Of a stretch of DNA of 64,000 bases, positions 62,438-64,000 are shown one piece after another (position 1 is the stretch's first letter; every line of letters begins with the position of its first letter). The translations under genes were made by a program, and so were the position numbers. The DNA is taken from the IMG/VR virus record IMGVR_UViG_2811995274_000001; one strand, written 5' to 3'. The notes below the pieces were generated by a model. It was not told the origin of the DNA. It did not search any database and saw only the letters and a program-made list of their open reading frames with translations. Origin of the DNA: an uncultured virus (IMG/VR IMGVR_UViG_2811995274_000001) (lineage: Duplodnaviria > Heunggongvirae > Uroviricota > Caudoviricetes).

Positions 62438-64000
62438 TTAATCATTAAAAAGAGAACCACAAGCAGATTTAAGATCTTTTAATAAAGTACTTTCTTTTGC
62501 TTGTGGCTTTTCTTTTTCTAATAAACTATCCATCATTTTTCTCATTAAAGTTGATGGCTTACTTATTGTTTCTTTTTTCACATTTTTATTCTTCTCGTCA
62601 ACAATATTCTGATTATTTAGTTTATTTTCCATAGACTGCAATAGTTTAGATTTAGCCTCTACTTTACTTTCTATAACATTACTATCTATCTGAACATTGT
62701 TTTCTTGAACAAATTTTATTTCTTCTTGGCTTGCTTCTTTAACGTTGGATAAAATACCTACACAAATATGAGCATTTCTTTTACCTTCGTTTTTGACTGA
62801 GCCAGACACTGTAAGAGAAATAGTTCCTCTGAAATTATGATAAAGTTTACGTTCTAATTTACTATTAGAAACTTTAATACGGCCTATTCTAGTAGCTCTA
62901 CCTGTTTTATCGATAATAGAATTAATTGTACCATTACCAGTTTTACCAGAAGCTGATAACATAACTTCAGCAGAAACACATAATTCATCAATGTCTGACT
63001 GAAGAACATTTTCAGAATCACTTTTATAATCATTAGTAATAAATAATCTTTGACTAAGATCTACTTCTGGAATTTGAATAAAGTCTTTAATAGGCTTTTC
63101 TATCCATACTTTTTCACCAATTACTTTGTCATATGAATATTTTGTTTTAAAGCTATTTTTAATATCTCCATAATAATTTAGATTTTTATTAGAGAAGCTA
63201 TGAATAACTTTATTTTTATAACATCTTTTAATGATTAATTCTTTTCTAAAAATAAATTCACCATTTAAAGATGCATCTGTAATAACCTTACCTCCTTCTT
63301 TATTGACACCAGTTCCATTAGTAAATATTATTTTATCTCCATCTTTACAATTTTCATAAGACAATACTTTATCTTTAGTCATACATGTTTCTGCATAATG
63401 ATCTAAAATGAATAAAATATATTCTTCTGGTAAAAGTTTTGCAATATAGTTAGTAGCACTAGCATCAAAGTTTATTTCGCCATTTTCTATATTTTCTTTA
63501 GCAACAGCAGCAAATAAACATGACATTTTATCGTCATTATCAACAATGCCTGCTTCTTTGAAGATAATACGAATATTATTAGCCAATACTTTGAACAATT
63601 CATTATATTTGTCATTAATAAATTGTTTTGAAGAAGAATCATCATCTTTAATTGAATTTAATTCTTTTATTTTAAGATTGTTTATATCTCCAAATATTTT
63701 TCTTTGAGAATAAATCGCATCAGATACTTCTTTTTTAATAGGATCTGATAAAGCTGATGATATTAAATTAATTACTAAAGGATCAACTTCTTGTTTTATA
63801 GATAATAATTTTTCAGCAGATTTTTTGATTTCATTAAAACCAGCTATTCTTGCATGCTGAATTATATCTTTTATCATTAAAGTGCTGGCATTATTCTTTT
63901 TATCAATAAAACCTGTATCATCTAAATCGATCACATATTTAAATTTTTGTTCTGTATCGTTCCACAAAATTTTAAAATCAATTTCTTCACGACTTTTTAA
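62438..64000 (-). CDS. Large hypothetical protein, 5' end outside the window
   Basis: Frame stays open to the window edge; at least 509 aa. Confidence 0.7.
   Translation of the reverse strand, partial: LKSREEIDFKILWNDTEQKFKYVIDLDDTGFIDKKNNASTLMIKDIIQHARIAGFNEIKKSAEKLLSIKQEVDPLVINLISSALSDPIKKEVSDAIYSQRKIFGDINNLKIKELNSIKDDDSSSKQFINDKYNELFKVLANNIRIIFKEAGIVDNDDKMSCLFAAVAKENIENGEINFDASATNYIAKLLPEEYILFILDHYAETCMTKDKVLSYENCKDGDKIIFTNGTGVNKEGGKVITDASLNGEFIFRKELIIKRCYKNKVIHSFSNKNLNYYGDIKNSFKTKYSYDKVIGEKVWIEKPIKDFIQIPEVDLSQRLFITNDYKSDSENVLQSDIDELCVSAEVMLSASGKTGNGTINSIIDKTGRATRIGRIKVSNSKLERKLYHNFRGTISLTVSGSVKNEGKRNAHICVGILSNVKEASQEEIKFVQENNVQIDSNVIESKVEAKSKLLQSMENKLNNQNIVDEKNKNVKKETISKPSTLMRKMMDSLLEKEKPQAKESTLLKDLKSACGSLFND

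Noticed and set aside
62438..64000. RNA polymerase or structural protein assignment for the last ORF
   Set aside because: No diagnostic motif in the visible C-terminal part

Overview
Very AT-rich, gene-dense window with almost every gene on the minus strand. It reads as the replication/accessory region of a large (jumbo-type) phage or phage-like element, probably of a Bacillota host (inference; no virion structural genes are visible). Recognisable content: type II topoisomerase genes (gyrB-like, plus a gyrA-like gene interrupted by a group I intron carrying a decayed LAGLIDADG remnant), SSB, clpP/clpX, a DUF2828 (TROVE/Ro-like plus vWA) protein, four tRNAs, a primase-like protein, a terD x3 / P-type ATPase / vWA / PurA-like cluster and many small, often paralogous hypothetical genes. 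Best candidate for an undescribed system: three tandem non-coding units, each with a covarying 7-bp terminal stem and an invariant UACAGCAA motif, between the tRNA cluster and the DUF2828 gene (possible Y-RNA-like partners). Other highlights: a 171-bp IS608-like non-autonomous element retaining an omega-RNA-like end inside a macrodomain pseudogene; four intact ORFs that have lost catalytic residues (Rep, RNase H, ImmA/IrrE, AAA_21); a candidate Crn4-like ring nuclease; a recurring upstream motif; a 32-bp inverted-repeat cassette; and iteron-like palindromes inside the primase gene. All family assignments come from motif recognition by eye, not from database searches.
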